From positions 84,444,001 through 84,508,000 of the forward strand of contig NC_059428.1 of NCBI RefSeq assembly GCF_021028975.2: 64,000 nucleotides of DNA, written 5' to 3'. How positions within the stretch are numbered: position 1 is the stretch's first letter; each line of letters begins with the position of its first letter. The notes below the pieces were generated by a model that saw nothing but the letters and a program-made list of their open reading frames with translations, was not told the DNA's origin and made no database searches. Below, one piece after another: positions 50,241 through 63,627 of the stretch. This stretch comes from Sphaerodactylus townsendi (taxonomy: Eukaryota). Made by a program: the position numbers and the translations under genes.

Positions 50241-52421
50241 GTAAGCGGCCTTTCTCACCTGTGACCCGCTCGCGCCTTGCCTGAGAGCCGGGTTTTGCGA
50301 AGACGTTCTGGCAAGTTGCTTTCCCTCCCCGTCTGCCCTCGGGGCTGCTGCTGCGACACTGGCGACCAAGCCCTGTGGCCATCTATGGTGGCTGCTTGTG
50401 GCGGCTTCTTGAAAGCGTGGGCCTCCACGGGGTTTTTCATAGGTGAGCTGATAGATGCTGATTCCCCTTTGCCACTCTCATGTTTCTGGAATAGTGGCTA
50501 AAGGCTGCTTATAGCCTTACCTGGCAAGGGCAGCTATCAACATTTATGAAACATTAAAAACGAAATACAGATAACATTTAAATACAGATCTGCCCATATT
50601 AAAATCTATCCAACTTAGAAGGCGGAATTTCTTTGAAGCAGTTCCTTTTCTGCATGGCAGGCAGTGGTATGTCATATGTTGGACCTGGGGTGAAGGGGGT
50701 AGAGATGTGGCAGTTTTTGAAAACACCAAGATAATGGTGATGCAGAAATTCAGCTCCTTCAGTTCATGTGGATTATAGAAAAGGCTTCAGTAGTTGAATT
50801 TATGGCTGTGGAAGTTATTAAAGGCACAAAGTCTTGTTAGATTTTTCCTCCTCTCAGTCGGCATAGTTTCTGAGTATGGTAACATTGGATGTACAATCCC
50901 TCCAGGTTATTTGTAAAACGAACAGCATGAGGCTTCATCTTTGTTCTCTCACTGGGGTTCATCTTCCAATATAGGTGCGTGGGGAGAAAAATTCTGTCAG
51001 AATAGTTTTCACAGTGGATCTTAATTTAAAAAGGGTGTTTTTTAATTTTCAAATTATTGGATCTTACATAATAATAAATAATAAAACAATACAAAACAAT
51101 TTACGAATCTCTCCACTAAAGTAATGCCTATTTGTTCCCTCCTCCTTGGTTTTGGTTATAAACATCTCTGTAAAATTTTTCCATCACTTCTGTCTTGTTC
51201 CATCTATAAAGATACAGGTAGTTCCCTGTACAAGCACCAGGTCATTACTGACCATTGAGGTGAAATCACATGAAAACGTTTACTGGGCAGACTGTTTTCT
51301 TTTAACTAGGTGGTTTGCCATTTCCTTCTCCAATCGCCTTTAATGTTTGCTGATCTGGGTGGAGATGAGGTACAATAAAAAAAGAAAGTTTCATCACTTC
51401 AGTTCCTGATTGTTGGGCTATCTGTACTGGACAAATGGGAGGATGGCATGCTCTGATAGGGGAAGAAGGGGGGAAAGAATAATAATAAATTACTGACTAT
51501 TATTAAATTAGTTCTTTCTTTCTTGTTTTTTCTCCCAGAGACTGGTTCATGATTTTAACAATCCATCCGGTCAAAATGCATGCATGGATACTCACATGCT
51601 TTACTGCCTCATGGCTTCCCCCAAAAACAGACAAAATCCTTGCCTACTCCAGTACTTAGGTATAATCTCTGGCTTTCATGACGAGGTTGCATGGATTTAG
51701 AAATCAATATTAAAACCATCCTGAAATCAATTAATAGCTTTATCTTTACCAAGCTGGCCACAAGAATTTAGCCTTTGTTCATATATTCTGGCTCAGCTAT
51801 GCATTTGTGAATTCTAACATGACAGGTTCTCAGGCCTGCCGCAGAATGCAGTTCCTGCCTCTCTGCCTACCCTGCATGCTCTTTTTTCTATTCTGTTTTT
51901 GCAAAGCCAGAGAGAATCGGGGTGAGAGAGAAGCAGGAGTGATGCCTACTAGTTTTGTTTGTACACTTTTAGAAGACAAGCTTGGGAATTAAACTTATGA
52001 GATGGGAATTGGGTCAGACAAATTGCTTATTTTACTCAGTAATTTGTCTGAAATAGCAGACAGATCCAGATGCCCAAAATTTTACAATCACAGGTTGTTA
52101 TTTTGTGCCATTATAGACAGTGCAAACATTGTGATGAATTCTTGTGTATTCTGCCTTATGGCTGTTGATGTTCTTGTTTTCCAGGCATTTGACTCCCCAC
52201 ATCTCAATAGTTTGTCTAATAATACTTCTAGCTATAATACTTCTAATAATACTTTTGGTTGGAATAAAACATTCTGTAAAAACATCTGCATTTCTTTGAA
52301 AATAACTTTAATTTTCTTCTGCAGGAAATTTCAAAATACTTCACATATGCACATTTAACAAATCAATATTTTTATTTTCAGATTTCCAGTTCGAGATTTG
52401 CAGTGTACCTTTAAGTACCCC

Positions 52422-52587
52422 ATGAAGTACATCCTGGTAACTGGTGGTGTTATTTCAGGAATTGGTAAAGGAATTATTGCAAGTAGCATCGGCACCATCC
52501 TGAAATCATGTGGCCTTCGAGTTACTGCGATCAAAATAGATCCTTACATTAACATAGATGCTGGAACCTTCTCACCTTATGAACATG
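52422..52587 (+). CDS. CTPS2: CTP synthase 2 first coding exon
   Basis: [55 protein letters not shown]; GLRVTA is CTPS2-like (CTPS1 has GLHVTS); synteny with SYAP1 and TXLNG; 166 nt. Confidence 0.97.
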
Positions 52588-53493
52588 GTATGAGTGCTGC
52601 AACTTTTCCTTCTCTACAAATCCAGTTATTTTTATTTTCTTTCTAAAGACATGGTCGACTGAGGTTTTGAAGCCTCTTACTTTGTAAAGACTCTCAACAG
52701 TGAACTAATGTGTCTTTATCTAAAAATACTGAATTTAGAGATACTTTTTTTCTGAAGAAAGTGTGTTCAGGATTGCAACTTGTTGCAACTTTGGTATTGT
52801 TTAGCCTGAGGCTGCTCAGAGCTAATTTACACATTTACAATGATCATTAATTTGCTACACTGTTAAGCAGTGAGGCACACATGTGGATTAGGTGTTATAT
52901 TGGATACAATTGGTTAGGCTGGGTGGAGCGTGCTAAGAATCAGTAGTCACCTATCCATTCAGGTGCCTTGCTCATTTTCAATTTAGGCAGCAAAATAGTT
53001 AAAAAAAAGCCAATTGAAATTAATCATGTAGTTTCAAAATCTCATGACTTCTTAGGTTTCATCTGAGATTTTTCTGCTATTAAAGTTTCCTTTTCTTGCA
53101 GGCTATCTGGTCTTTCATGTCTCATTTGTGGGGATGGGCCATAGGCCTAAAAATTGTATTTGATATTAAAGAAAATGGATATATAGAACCAAGGATTGAA
53201 AAAGGTTTGCTCTCTAGAAAAGGCAAGCTTGTCAGCAGACGTGTAACAGTCATGCAGGCAAGCAAAAGATAAAATTTATAAGATCTTATAACTAAGGGCA
53301 AAAGACGTGACAGAAGACATATATCTTATTGCCCTGTTTGTCAGAACTAGCTTTATGGGATGTCTACAAGAAACAAACATAGCAATAAAGAAATCAAATG
53401 TTAGAATAGAAAGGAATTTGATTAGTTAATTGAAAATGTGTATTTCTATATTTTAAATTAACACTGAAATGATAATGAGAGATTTATATTTAC

Positions 53494-53533
53494 TTGTATT
53501 CTATTGTATTCTATTGTATTCTATTGTATTCTA
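53494..53533. repeat. (TTGTATTCTA)x4 tandem repeat
   Basis: Read directly from the sequence. Confidence 0.85.
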
Positions 53534-54136
53534 TAATTCTAGTCTACTTGAATCACAAAGTATATTTGTCAAAATCATTTTTAACCTTTTGAAGTGAATT
53601 AGGGTATGTGAAATCGTTCATCTTGTGAAAGGGAGTAAACTGGTTATCTTGGAAAACCCGAAAGACAGAATTTAGTTTATTGCAGCCCCTTTGCATATGG
53701 GCAGGGAGCCACGAGCAGAGGACATGCAGCTTTAGTGTGACACAAAAGAAATAGGGAGACGAGCCAATCAGATTTTAATGCTCATGCAGAAAGCACACGT
53801 ATGGGGAAAATGATCATATGGGTTAATATGCAGGTACGATTATATGACGTATGTACTCTTTGTGTCTATAAAAATGAACTCTTTGTCTGGTTAAGTGTGT
53901 GTCTCTCTCTCGAGAGCTCCCTGTGTGTGAAATACTTATTTGTGCACAGTAAAACCTATTTCTTTTTGCTTAAAACTTTGATTCTTGGGTTTCTTTCCTT
54001 GACAGTCTTTATAGAACCCCACTGCGCAGGACCATACACTGGGTTGTGGGCTGATGCGTTCTTTGAAAAGTTATTTTTCAGGATTGAAAATGTGTGTTAT
54101 CAGTTACATATTAAAAATAATGTTTTGTTTCTTCAG

Positions 54137-54307
54137 GTGAAGTTTTTGTTCTGAATGATGGTGGAGAAGTTGATTTAGATTTGGGAAACTATGAACGATT
54201 CTTGGATATTAATCTTTATAAGGACAATAACATAACCACTGGAAAGATCTATCAGCATGTCATCAATAAAGAGAGGCATGGTGACTACTTGGGGAAAACA
54301 GTTCAAG
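54137..54307 (+). CDS. CTPS2: CTPS2 coding exon 2
   Basis: [57 protein letters not shown]; 171 nt. Confidence 0.97.
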
Positions 54308-54864
54308 GTACTCTTGTGCTGTTCTGTTTGTATAGACTATTCCTTTATCGTGTTTGTCTTCTGCCCTTCCTCCAAGGATCTCGAGCACTGTGCATGTGGT
54401 CATCCCATTTTGTCTTTGGTAAGGGTGAGTGACAGTTGCTTGCCAAAGGCTTCCTAGCGAGCTTCATGCTGAGCATGGAGTTAGGATTATCTTTTTTGTT
54501 ATGTATTTGACTTTTCATTGTCACTTATTTATTTACATAACTTACTCTGTATTGGAGATCTAATGGCGATAATGTCTGTACAGAGATTATTATGAAACCC
54601 TGCATAAGAATCTATTTGAAAAAACGTATTTTGAAGTGTTAAGGACAAACATTCATGCCCAAATGATTGATATTTCAAACAGAAAATGGGCTCCTTTTAT
54701 TTGTCTGTTTAATTAGAGAGTCTCTGAAGGATTTTTTAGGCTAAGGTAAAGATGGCATGATTTTTATTTGCTGCTGTCTCTTAAGTCGGTTCTGCCGAAT
54801 GGCTTCTGATTTTTTTAAATACATTCGCACTGTTTCTTTCATTAACATTTAGTTTGCATTGCAG

Positions 54865-54965
54865 TTGTACCACACATTACTGATGCTGTTCAAGAATGGG
54901 TAATGAACCAAGCAAAGGTTCCTGTGGATAGCGATAAGAAAGAGCCACAGATATGTGTAATTGAA
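54865..54965 (+). CDS. CTPS2: CTPS2 coding exon 3
   Basis: [34 protein letters not shown]; 101 nt. Confidence 0.97.
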
Positions 54966-55271
54966 GTAAGTACTATTATTACAGGTATGGGTAATCAAAA
55001 TAGTATATTTTGTAATGTGAATAGAGAATACCTTTCCTCCCCCCCCCCCCCCCCCGGTATTATTATAGAGGTTCTTTAAAGAAACTTCTTGTGTATAATC
55101 ATTGATCTGCTTTATTATCAGAATCCTTTTGCATGATGGTCCTTTCCTCCTTTAATTAAAGAACAAGTGTAAACAAATTACAAATGAATATCCTTGAGTA
55201 GCATGAGCATTGTGTTTGTTTTATTTTTCGATTTGCCTCTTATCTGATTCATTATAGACATTCCTTTGCAG

Positions 55272-55388
55272 CTGGGTGGAACTATTGGAGACATTGAAGG
55301 AATGCCTTTTGTGGAAGCTTTCCGACAATTTCAATTTAAGGCCAAAAGAGAAAATTTTTGCAATATCCATGTCAGTCTTGTGCCACAG
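55272..55388 (+). CDS. CTPS2: CTPS2 coding exon 4
   Basis: [39 protein letters not shown]; 117 nt. Confidence 0.97.
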
Positions 55389-56875
55389 GTAAATCTTTAT
55401 ATTGTGTGTTGTGTTTTTGTGAGTATTATTATTAACAACAACATTTAAAACTAGAAAAAATCCATTTGAAGTATGCGTAAAGGCTGGTGGATGAAGACCA
55501 TGTGATGTTTAACACAGTTATAGATAGATGGATGTTGTTCCATCGCTGACAGTTGTTAATATGTGCACATTAACTATTGCAAACAGAATTGTATTTTTAA
55601 GGCTAGATTGCTTCTAGGGTAGTTTTCAGAAGGTAAGGATTATTTATTTATTTCTCTGTGTGGTGTAGCTTATTCTGATAGACCGTGACATGTCTAAACA
55701 TGACTAAAAATTAACTCACAACTATTAAACTGAATTTAAAATAATCCATTACCTGTAAATGAAGTGCTACTTTTCTGACTTATGTTTTTGGAAGTCCAGC
55801 AAATGCAAGTGTCCATATCAGTTTATCTTTTCTTTTAATGTGTAAGTTGATTGTATATTTTCTTCATATGTACATGCATTGATAATTGATCAGCCACAGG
55901 ATTCTTGGGGATCTCTTGCATTTATTTATTTATTTATTTATTTTTGTTTGTTTGTTTATTTGTTTAGTCTTATATACCGTCCTATCCCCGAAGGGCTCTG
56001 GGCGGTGCACAACAAAATCAAATCATAATACAACTAAACACAAACAAGATTAAACAATTAAACTTCCATACAAATAAATTACCAATCCCTTTTTAAAAAC
56101 AGCGGTTAATACAGATTTAAAATCAGATTCAAATGTCAGATTTCAAAAATTCAAAGGCACCCCGCAAGCCCATTGTTAAAAACCCTCCCCAACGGGAAGA
56201 CTGCTAGCTCCGTCAATAAGGTATAAATATAGGCAGAGACGAGAACAAAAAGGCGCACTCTTACACGCTTACATTTACACTCTTCCTGGGGGTTCTTCAC
56301 TGACCTGAAGTCCCATTCCCATTTTCTGTTAGTACACCTGAATCCCATGCAACATGCATGGCAATGGGTTAGAAACCCTGGTTTCAGGCAGGGCTTCTAT
56401 TCAAGATCCTCCCCCATTAATGACATCAGCATGGCAACCTCCCAGCCAAACTACAGACATATGATTGAAGGCATGGGAGTGGAAAGAAACCACAAGTGAG
56501 GAAACTGACAAATGCAGCCGCATGCATCTATAGAATCATACATTAGCCTCAGCCATGGAAAACAGAGGATGTCTGTTTGGCAGTAGGCACTCTTGGATCC
56601 CCGAAAGCAGAATCTCCCAAGACTGCAACCTTACCCCCTGATTTTTTGGTTGTTTTCAGGAATTACCTCAACTTCCCTCCTTACAAGTGCCAAGAATAAT
56701 CAAGTGACTTGCAAATAGTGGACACAGTTCTATTTCTCTGAGACAGTGCTGAAGTGCTAAGTACTAGGGATGTGTATTCACATAAGACCAAGCTAAAAAT
56801 ATACTTGGAAAATACCAATATGATATATTTCAGATTATGCAGCATCTTAAATATAATCCGGAATTTTCCAGGATA

Positions 56876-57115
56876 TAGAATAGAATAGAATAGAATAGAA
56901 TAGAATAGAATAGAATAGAATAGAATCTTTATTGGCCAAGTGTGATTGGACACACAAGGAATTTGTCTCCGGTGCATATGCTCAGTGTACATAAAAGAAA
57001 AATACATTTGTCAAGAATCATAAGGTACAACACTTAATGATTGTCATATAGGTCTAGTAAGCAATCAGGAAACAATCAATAGTAATGAAAACATAAAATG
57101 TAAAATCATAAAATA
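56876..57115 (-). mobile_element. LINE 3' end with AATAAAG(ATTCT)n tail (Rex/Babar-like), inserted in an older element starting TAGGGATGTG at about 56765
   Basis: (TAGAA)x10 at 56876-56925 directly abutting CTTTATTGGCCAAGTGTGATTGGACACACAAGGAATT; family assignment from memory. Confidence 0.6.
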
Positions 57116-58629
57116 AATGAAATGAAATGATATTGAATGATATTGAATAAATGGTTCCCCAAAATCCTGGAAATATTTCAGATTAACTAGAAACATCAGG
57201 TGCCAATATTTGCAGCCTCCCAGGATTGTTTTCCCTCCTTCCCCTTGATTTTCCTTTGTTTATGTGTTTCATGGGGATTTCTGTTGGCTTGCTAGACTGC
57301 TTCTGTCAATTTCAAGTCTGTTAGTTCCTATAGATTTTTTTCTCAATCTTTTTCTTTTGATCTTCTAAAAAGTGAAACAAGGCAACATCAACTTCAGAGT
57401 TAGCAGTAGCCATAGTCTGACTGTAGTAGATATTCTGTTTCATCTTTGTGTGGATTTAGATTGGTTCACAAAGGACATCTGCAGAAGCAGACTCTTTCCC
57501 CCTTGGGATCTAACCACTCTAATTAAGGACCAGGGGCATGTAAGGAGCCATGTATCCATATGGATGAATGGTTCTTCTGTAAGTGTAATCCCAAAGAATG
57601 GGTGCTCCTAGCTCTGAGGGCACTGGACTCTGGGTTAAACAGCAACTTCCTGAAACCTAGTGCTCCACCAGCAACGGCCTCATTTTTCTTTATGGTTGTT
57701 GTTTCTCCTGGTGTAGCCAGCAGGAAGCCCAATGAACATGATAGCCACAACAATATTCTTTTTGTTTTCCTTTTTCCTGTTCAGCTCAAACGCTGCAGCC
57801 CCAAGATTGCCTTGAAACACACGACCCTCTGTAGGCTGAGCCCCCCAAAACTGACCAGCATTGTTTTTTGCAGCTTCAAGAAAGCTGGTTCTTTCCACCC
57901 ATTTGACAGCCAAGTGAAAGAGACACCATAGTTAGGGTCTGTTTTAAGTTCCCAAAGCCTCTTCCATCTGCTAAGATACATCACCACACCTGAGTCCTGA
58001 GGTGACCGGTTCCTCTCTGCTCCAACTGTAATGCCACTGACATTGAATGGTTCCCAGAAGCGTATTGGGGGAAATGGCACCCAGGGGTAACACTGTCTCC
58101 GGGCGCCCCCCACGCTCAGAGGCGGGGCTTGGGGGTGGGGCTTGGTTCGAGCCCTGCCCCGCCTCTCTGCAGGCCGGCTCCTGCTGTCCCCAGAACTTGA
58201 GGAGGGCAAAAGCTGGTATGCACGGAGGATGGGGCTTGGTGGCGGCGGGCCCTGCCCTTCCTCCCTGCAGGGGGGCCAGGGCTTGGTGCTGTGTGGCTAG
58301 GGTGCATTCTGTTTTGTCATGTGGGAGGTGCCAAAAGGTGTGTGCCTTATGTCCCTATAGGCCACATGCCTCGGTTGATTCCCACTCTCCAGAGTTATTT
58401 TTCCCTGCATAGGAAATAATGGCTGGGGACACCCTGTTCAGGTGCCCATAGAACTGGACTCCTTGGATCAATCTATTTGAAATTTGGGGGTTATTTAAAG
58501 GACAGGGACCATCAGCTCCATTGCAGTTTTGGGGCATGTACTTTTAAAACAACCTTTCTAGCCATCCAGAAAGTTTCCCCATACGGAATAATTAACCAGA
58601 TGCACAACCCCGCAAAGTGAAAAAGAACA

Positions 58630-58822
58630 AGAATCCACTGGCACCTTAAAGACCAACAAAGTTTCTGGCAGGGTATGAGCTTTCGTGAGCCACTTTCGTG
58701 AGATATAGCTGCTAGAATGTGAGTCCATCCATCCTTAAGTAGAGAAGGATGAATTCAGACACCCAGTGGCAATAACATATAAATGTCAATAACAAGCAAA
58801 TGACAATAGCAGACATGATTCC
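58630..58822 (-). mobile_element. Penelope-like element terminal fragment, second family; a degenerate relative lies at about 16975-17031 on +
   Basis: Minus strand GCTCAC-GAAA-GCTCATACC followed by TTTGTTGGTCTTTAAGGTGCCA, the 3' half of a hammerhead-type motif; the CUGANGA half is missing. Confidence 0.5.
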
Positions 58823-59817
58823 TTGTGCATCCAGCCATGGTGCCTGGCGGCCGTGATTCTTGCCACCCCTACTCAACCATAGCACTGCTTGGCTCAGGTG
58901 TGGGAGGCACTATTGCCTGGGCATCTCCTGGCTATGAGCAGGGGCAACTGGAAAGGAGTTTTAGAAGAGCAGCTCCTGCTTACCTGTCAGTGCACATCTA
59001 CCACTTTATTTCCTTCCTCCAGAGATGGGGTACCTGCTTGGATTCTGAAATGGGCAGGGTCAGTCACAGAGTGTGGACTTTGTTTGTCCCTTTGTGTATT
59101 GACTGCAAGTTCTTGTTCAGTAGTACTAAGTACTTTTTCTGTGCTTTCCCCATCACCAAAGTGCCTCACAGCTTGCTCTAAGTCTACAAAACAGGGAGCT
59201 GTGTCAGAGTCCTGTGCCATGTGCTGTACTTCATGAGTTGTGGGGTCTCCTGGCTATGGTTTTTATAGGAATGTGGAGGCAGGATTGGGTGCTGGCTGCC
59301 ATAAAGGAGGGGGATGATTGGTCATCTGGAGCTGCTTCAGGCCTCATAGACCCTTCTGTTGGCATAACACAGAGTGCATTTCCCTTCTTCCCCTTGATTG
59401 CACTCACTGTTAGTGCTCAATATCCGAGTATACTTCTTATCCTATTTTGACTGTTTGAGACTCCATCCAAACAAGGTCCTTTATTTGCCACAAAGTTTAT
59501 CCTTTTTGTTTTCAACTTTTATTTTATCCTCTGCCTCTCATTTGACATACATTTGTTAAAGTCATACATGGTGTGGCAGTTTGCAGCTCTCTGTCTCTAG
59601 TACTGGGAGCGTGTGCTATTTTGCACATAGAAAACCAAGTTATACTTTTAAATATCATAACTACACCAAATAATACAATCTAATATACTGTTAAAATTGT
59701 TTATGTTAAAGCAGTAAAATAGGTTTAGAGTTGTCATTGCATATGTTTCTGTTTTCCCAACTTTTTCTGGGAATTTTTTTTAAAATGTATTTTTTCCTTG
59801 TCTTGCCAAATTTCCAG

Positions 59818-59901
59818 CCTAATGCTACTGGAGAACAGAAAACGAAGCCTACCCAGAACAGCGTCCGGGCTTTAAGAGGTCTTGGTCTCTCTCCTGATTT
59901 G
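59818..59901 (+). CDS. CTPS2: CTPS2 coding exon 5
   Basis: [28 protein letters not shown]; 84 nt. Confidence 0.97.
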
Positions 59902-61139
59902 GTGAGCTTGATAAAATCTAATCATTTTTTGAAGGAAAAACATAACTAAAAGAGTGCAAGGTAGAGAAAACTGTCAGCATATTCAGTGTGGTGCATATAC
60001 AGTATATACAGTGGAGCCCATGCAATCCAAGTGTATTGTGTGAAATTAAGTTATTTATAGTCGCAAAAATATTGAATGTACTAGCAGGCCCAAAACTGTA
60101 GCGTCTGTTAAATATTTTTTTATGTTTCATAGGTTGATGTTACATTTATGCCTTGATATATCAGGTGCTTATTGTTATACAGATGCATGGCTAGTGGACT
60201 CTTCCAGCTGTTTCTATAACTATAGAAGGCGAGAACATATTAGGCTTCTCAAAAGGAGGCGCACATCAGAGACATATGGCCTATAGGGACATGGGGTCAC
60301 CCATGTCCCCGGGCGTACACCTTTTGGTCACGTGGGAGGCACCGGGCACCAGGCGCCCCCCCCCCACATTACAAAATGGTTTGAGTCCCAGCTGCACACC
60401 ACTAATCCCCACCCCTCCTGCAGGGAGTGTGTTCATTTAACACATGACACATAGTATATGCAGCTGAAAATATAATACCATGTTGTACAACACAATATTT
60501 AGATGAATCAAGGCACAGAGACTCCATATGTACTCCAATGTAAACTTTGATGAGGTACCACCATTTATTTCAGTTTCAGCAAAATTTTTATGCCTAACGA
60601 AGGAATACCAACATAAACATGAATAGTAGTTCTTCTACTTATGAAAAGCACCTGGTGTGCAGTTGGGCTGTCAAGTGTGTATCCGAGGGCCTAGATCGGT
60701 GCTTCTGTGAGTAAATATATCACTGTGCTGACAAAACAGTGGTGGACAAGTCAGCTTTTATTTATGTATGAGGTATCTGGATACTCTTTGAAAAGCTCTC
60801 AAGAAAGAGTTTAATAATTGGCAGGTACAAGAGAATATTGTAAATGGTAGGAAAATGGAAGAGGAAACTTGCACAGCATTGATTTGTGTGTGGTTGGAAA
60901 GACACACAATATAAACAGCTTGCTGAAGCGAAAGAACCCTGTTAGAAACCCTATGTATTATGGGACCCTAACATAGAACCCTATGTTATGAGTTCAATCA
61001 CAATAGAAAGGTGGAATATAAATGTAGTAATATAAGAGTTACTCTGTTGACATTTTGGGTAGTGTCTACCCTACATTTCTTTAAAGTGTCTTTCTATAAC
61101 TAACCCATGTTGTATACCTGCTTGTTTGTCTTTTGACAG

Positions 61140-61220
61140 ATAGTGTGCAGAAGTACTAAGCCTATAGAAATGGCGGTGAAAGAAAAAATCTCCATGTTTT
61201 GCCATGTAGAACCTGAACAG
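61140..61220 (+). CDS. CTPS2: CTPS2 coding exon 6
   Basis: [27 protein letters not shown]; 81 nt. Confidence 0.97.
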
Positions 61221-62635
61221 GTTTGTAGGCTCTTCAATGTAACTGCATTCAGGCTTTCAACTAATGGGTAGTTTTTATTCAGTTCATGAGAGGGAGTAGA
61301 TTTTTGGATATTCAGTCTTAAAGAACAGTAAGTAGTCTTTCACTGAGATGATTTCATTCTCTCCAAATCTGTAGATACCCTTCTACTTCAAGTTCTTCAT
61401 GCTTCTCAGAATTTTCCAACTTGATTATTTATAATCATTTGTATAGCATGTAACAAATTAACTATAGAAAAAATTAGTAAATCTAGACAAGTATATGAAA
61501 TCAAAGTTTGCTGTAATCCAGCAGAGGTCAGTATTTTATCTTTACACAGCAGCAATTTATATACAGAAAAAGTGTAAAAGACATATAATTATTCTTCCTG
61601 TTAACTTAAGACGAATCTCAAGCATTATTATTTTGAACATTAACTGTTTAAAAGGTGATTCTTCAAGTATTTATTTATATTTGTTTAAAAAGGATACCCT
61701 GTGCTTGCCTCTCACAAAACTCAAGGCTTACAAAAATCCAAGTATAAAAAGTTAAACATTATAGATGTAGTAACTAAGCTAGGGTTGATCTACAGCACAG
61801 AACCAACCAAATAAATAAAACAACACTTTTATTTATTTAATTTATGTTATTTATAGTCCGGGGCTCTTTCTCTCTCGGGCTGAAAGCGTAATATAGAATA
61901 AGTCAGTGCAATCAACAAGGTGGGACATCCAATGTTAAATGCAATTGAATAGGATATGACTTATAGAAATATGGAAACTGATCACAGTTCATATGTATTA
62001 ACATGACACATGAAAAAAGCAAAAAAAAATGTAGTGAACACCTATTTACACCATTAGATACTAACTGCCCATATTAAAAACCATTTTACAAAAAGTGGTG
62101 CTTTATGCTTTCTCCTGAAAACTAGCAACATGGAAGACCTTCTGACCTCTGGAAGGCCATTCCAAAGAATAGGAAAGGTTGTGGTGAATGATTGGGCAGG
62201 AGCCATTCTCACTGACTTTCAGGAGAGACATTCAAACAGAAGCTGCTGGGTAGAACACAAAAGCAGATTTGATACAGAAGCCCTGCTTTTGCATGTAGGC
62301 TCTTCCACTTGTTCCACATTCATAGGGCCTCTTATGTGTGCATGTAATCCAGTGCATTTAGCATCACCCCTCTGTCTACATGCATTGTATATGCTTTTGA
62401 ATGTCTTATTTTGGGACAAAAGTGGTATTTTTTCAATGTTAGTGGAGCAATCAGGGTTTTGATTTTGTAGACTAAATGCAGAGATAATTTTTTCAACTTT
62501 TTAGCCATTTAAGAACCATAATTTACTGTTGATGTATTACAAGTTCATTTGCAGGATACAAAAACAGGGAAATTATTTAATAGAAATTTACAAGCTGTTT
62601 ATGTCAATAAAATGAGAATGTGCTTGTCTATAATC

Positions 62636-62725
62636 TTAACTATATTATTTTGTTGTCTGGATCTTTCTTCAATCTTTTCCTTAACTATATTATTTTGTTG
62701 TCTGGATCTTTCTTCAATCTTTTCC
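62636..62725. repeat. perfect 45-bp tandem duplication
   Basis: TTAACTATATTATTTTGTTGTCTGGATCTTTCTTCAATCTTTTCC x2. Confidence 0.95.
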
Positions 62726-63475
62726 TGTAATATAGAATAAGATACCAAAACATCCTTAAGAAACTCCTTGAATGCATGTGATGTAGAAAACAACAATAAT
62801 ATATGAATTCTTATTTTTATATTCTGTAGGGCTGTGAGCTCATTATAAAACTTCCTTAGCATTTATTTTATTTATTTATTTATTTATTTTATTAATTCGG
62901 CTTTTATACCGCCCGATCCCCGAAGGGCTCCGAAGTGATTACTTGGAAGTATGAACCATTCTGCATTGAGGGTTTCATTTTTAGATTATTCATTGTCACA
63001 CATTGACTAAAATTAGCAAAATGTATTAAATCTCAATAATTTTGCATTGAAATAAATAAGCATTTTGAAGATGAAGCATGCTCTCTTTGTCTTTAAATAA
63101 TGCCTGTATACATCCTAATAGGCATAACCTTATAAACAAATCTTAGCAGAGCCTTTCTCTCATGTGTGAGGAACACCTCTGCTAAGGCTGTGCCTACCAT
63201 CTGGGCTTTTTATAATTATTTATATATTAAAATAATTAATATAAAGACTTCCATTTAAAACCTGCTTTGAAGTTGATCAAGGCCCATTTTTAATCATTGA
63301 ATCTAACACTAAATTTTATATCTCTTAATTTCTCAAACTGATTTTTCCTTCTGGGTAAATAGTCTGGCAAAGTTTAAGGGAACATTACATTTAATAGGTC
63401 TCATGCAATGTATTTGTTAGTGTACATCTATTTTTTTAAAAAAATCAGATATCAGTTATTAACATCTGTTTCTAG

Positions 63476-63627
63476 GTAATATTTATCCATGATGTTTCTT
63501 CTACTTACCGGGTGCCAATCCTGTTGGAAGAACAAGGCATAATTAAATATTTTAAAGAGAGGTTGAACCTGCCAATCGATGACTGGCCAAGTGACCTTCT
63601 TTTCAAATGGAAAAAAATGGCAGATAG
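63476..63627 (+). CDS. CTPS2: CTPS2 coding exon 7 (gene continues past the window)
   Basis: [51 protein letters not shown]; AG|GTACTG donor; 152 nt. Confidence 0.96.

Larger units (their letters stand above)
48890..50430. promoter_or_regulatory. bidirectional SYAP1/CTPS2 CpG-island promoter
   Basis: Two GC-rich blocks (about 48890-49500 and 49950-50430) with divergent genes; ETS-like TTTCCGGAAA 49370-49379 and ATTTCCGGG, CRE-like TGCGTCA and TACGTCAC just upstream of SYAP1. Confidence 0.8.

Noticed and set aside
57781-58560. GC-rich ORF cluster in a CTPS2 intron as a nested gene or CpG promoter
   Set aside because: Sequence resembles a non-autonomous DNA transposon interior (shares GAAATTTG..GG-type blocks with the 7664-8371 element); the ORFs are low-information
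52422-63627. Assignment as CTPS1, or a nested S100G gene
   Set aside because: Diagnostic residues and synteny indicate CTPS2; no S100 EF-hand exons are seen, and from memory S100G lies in a later CTPS2 intron beyond this window
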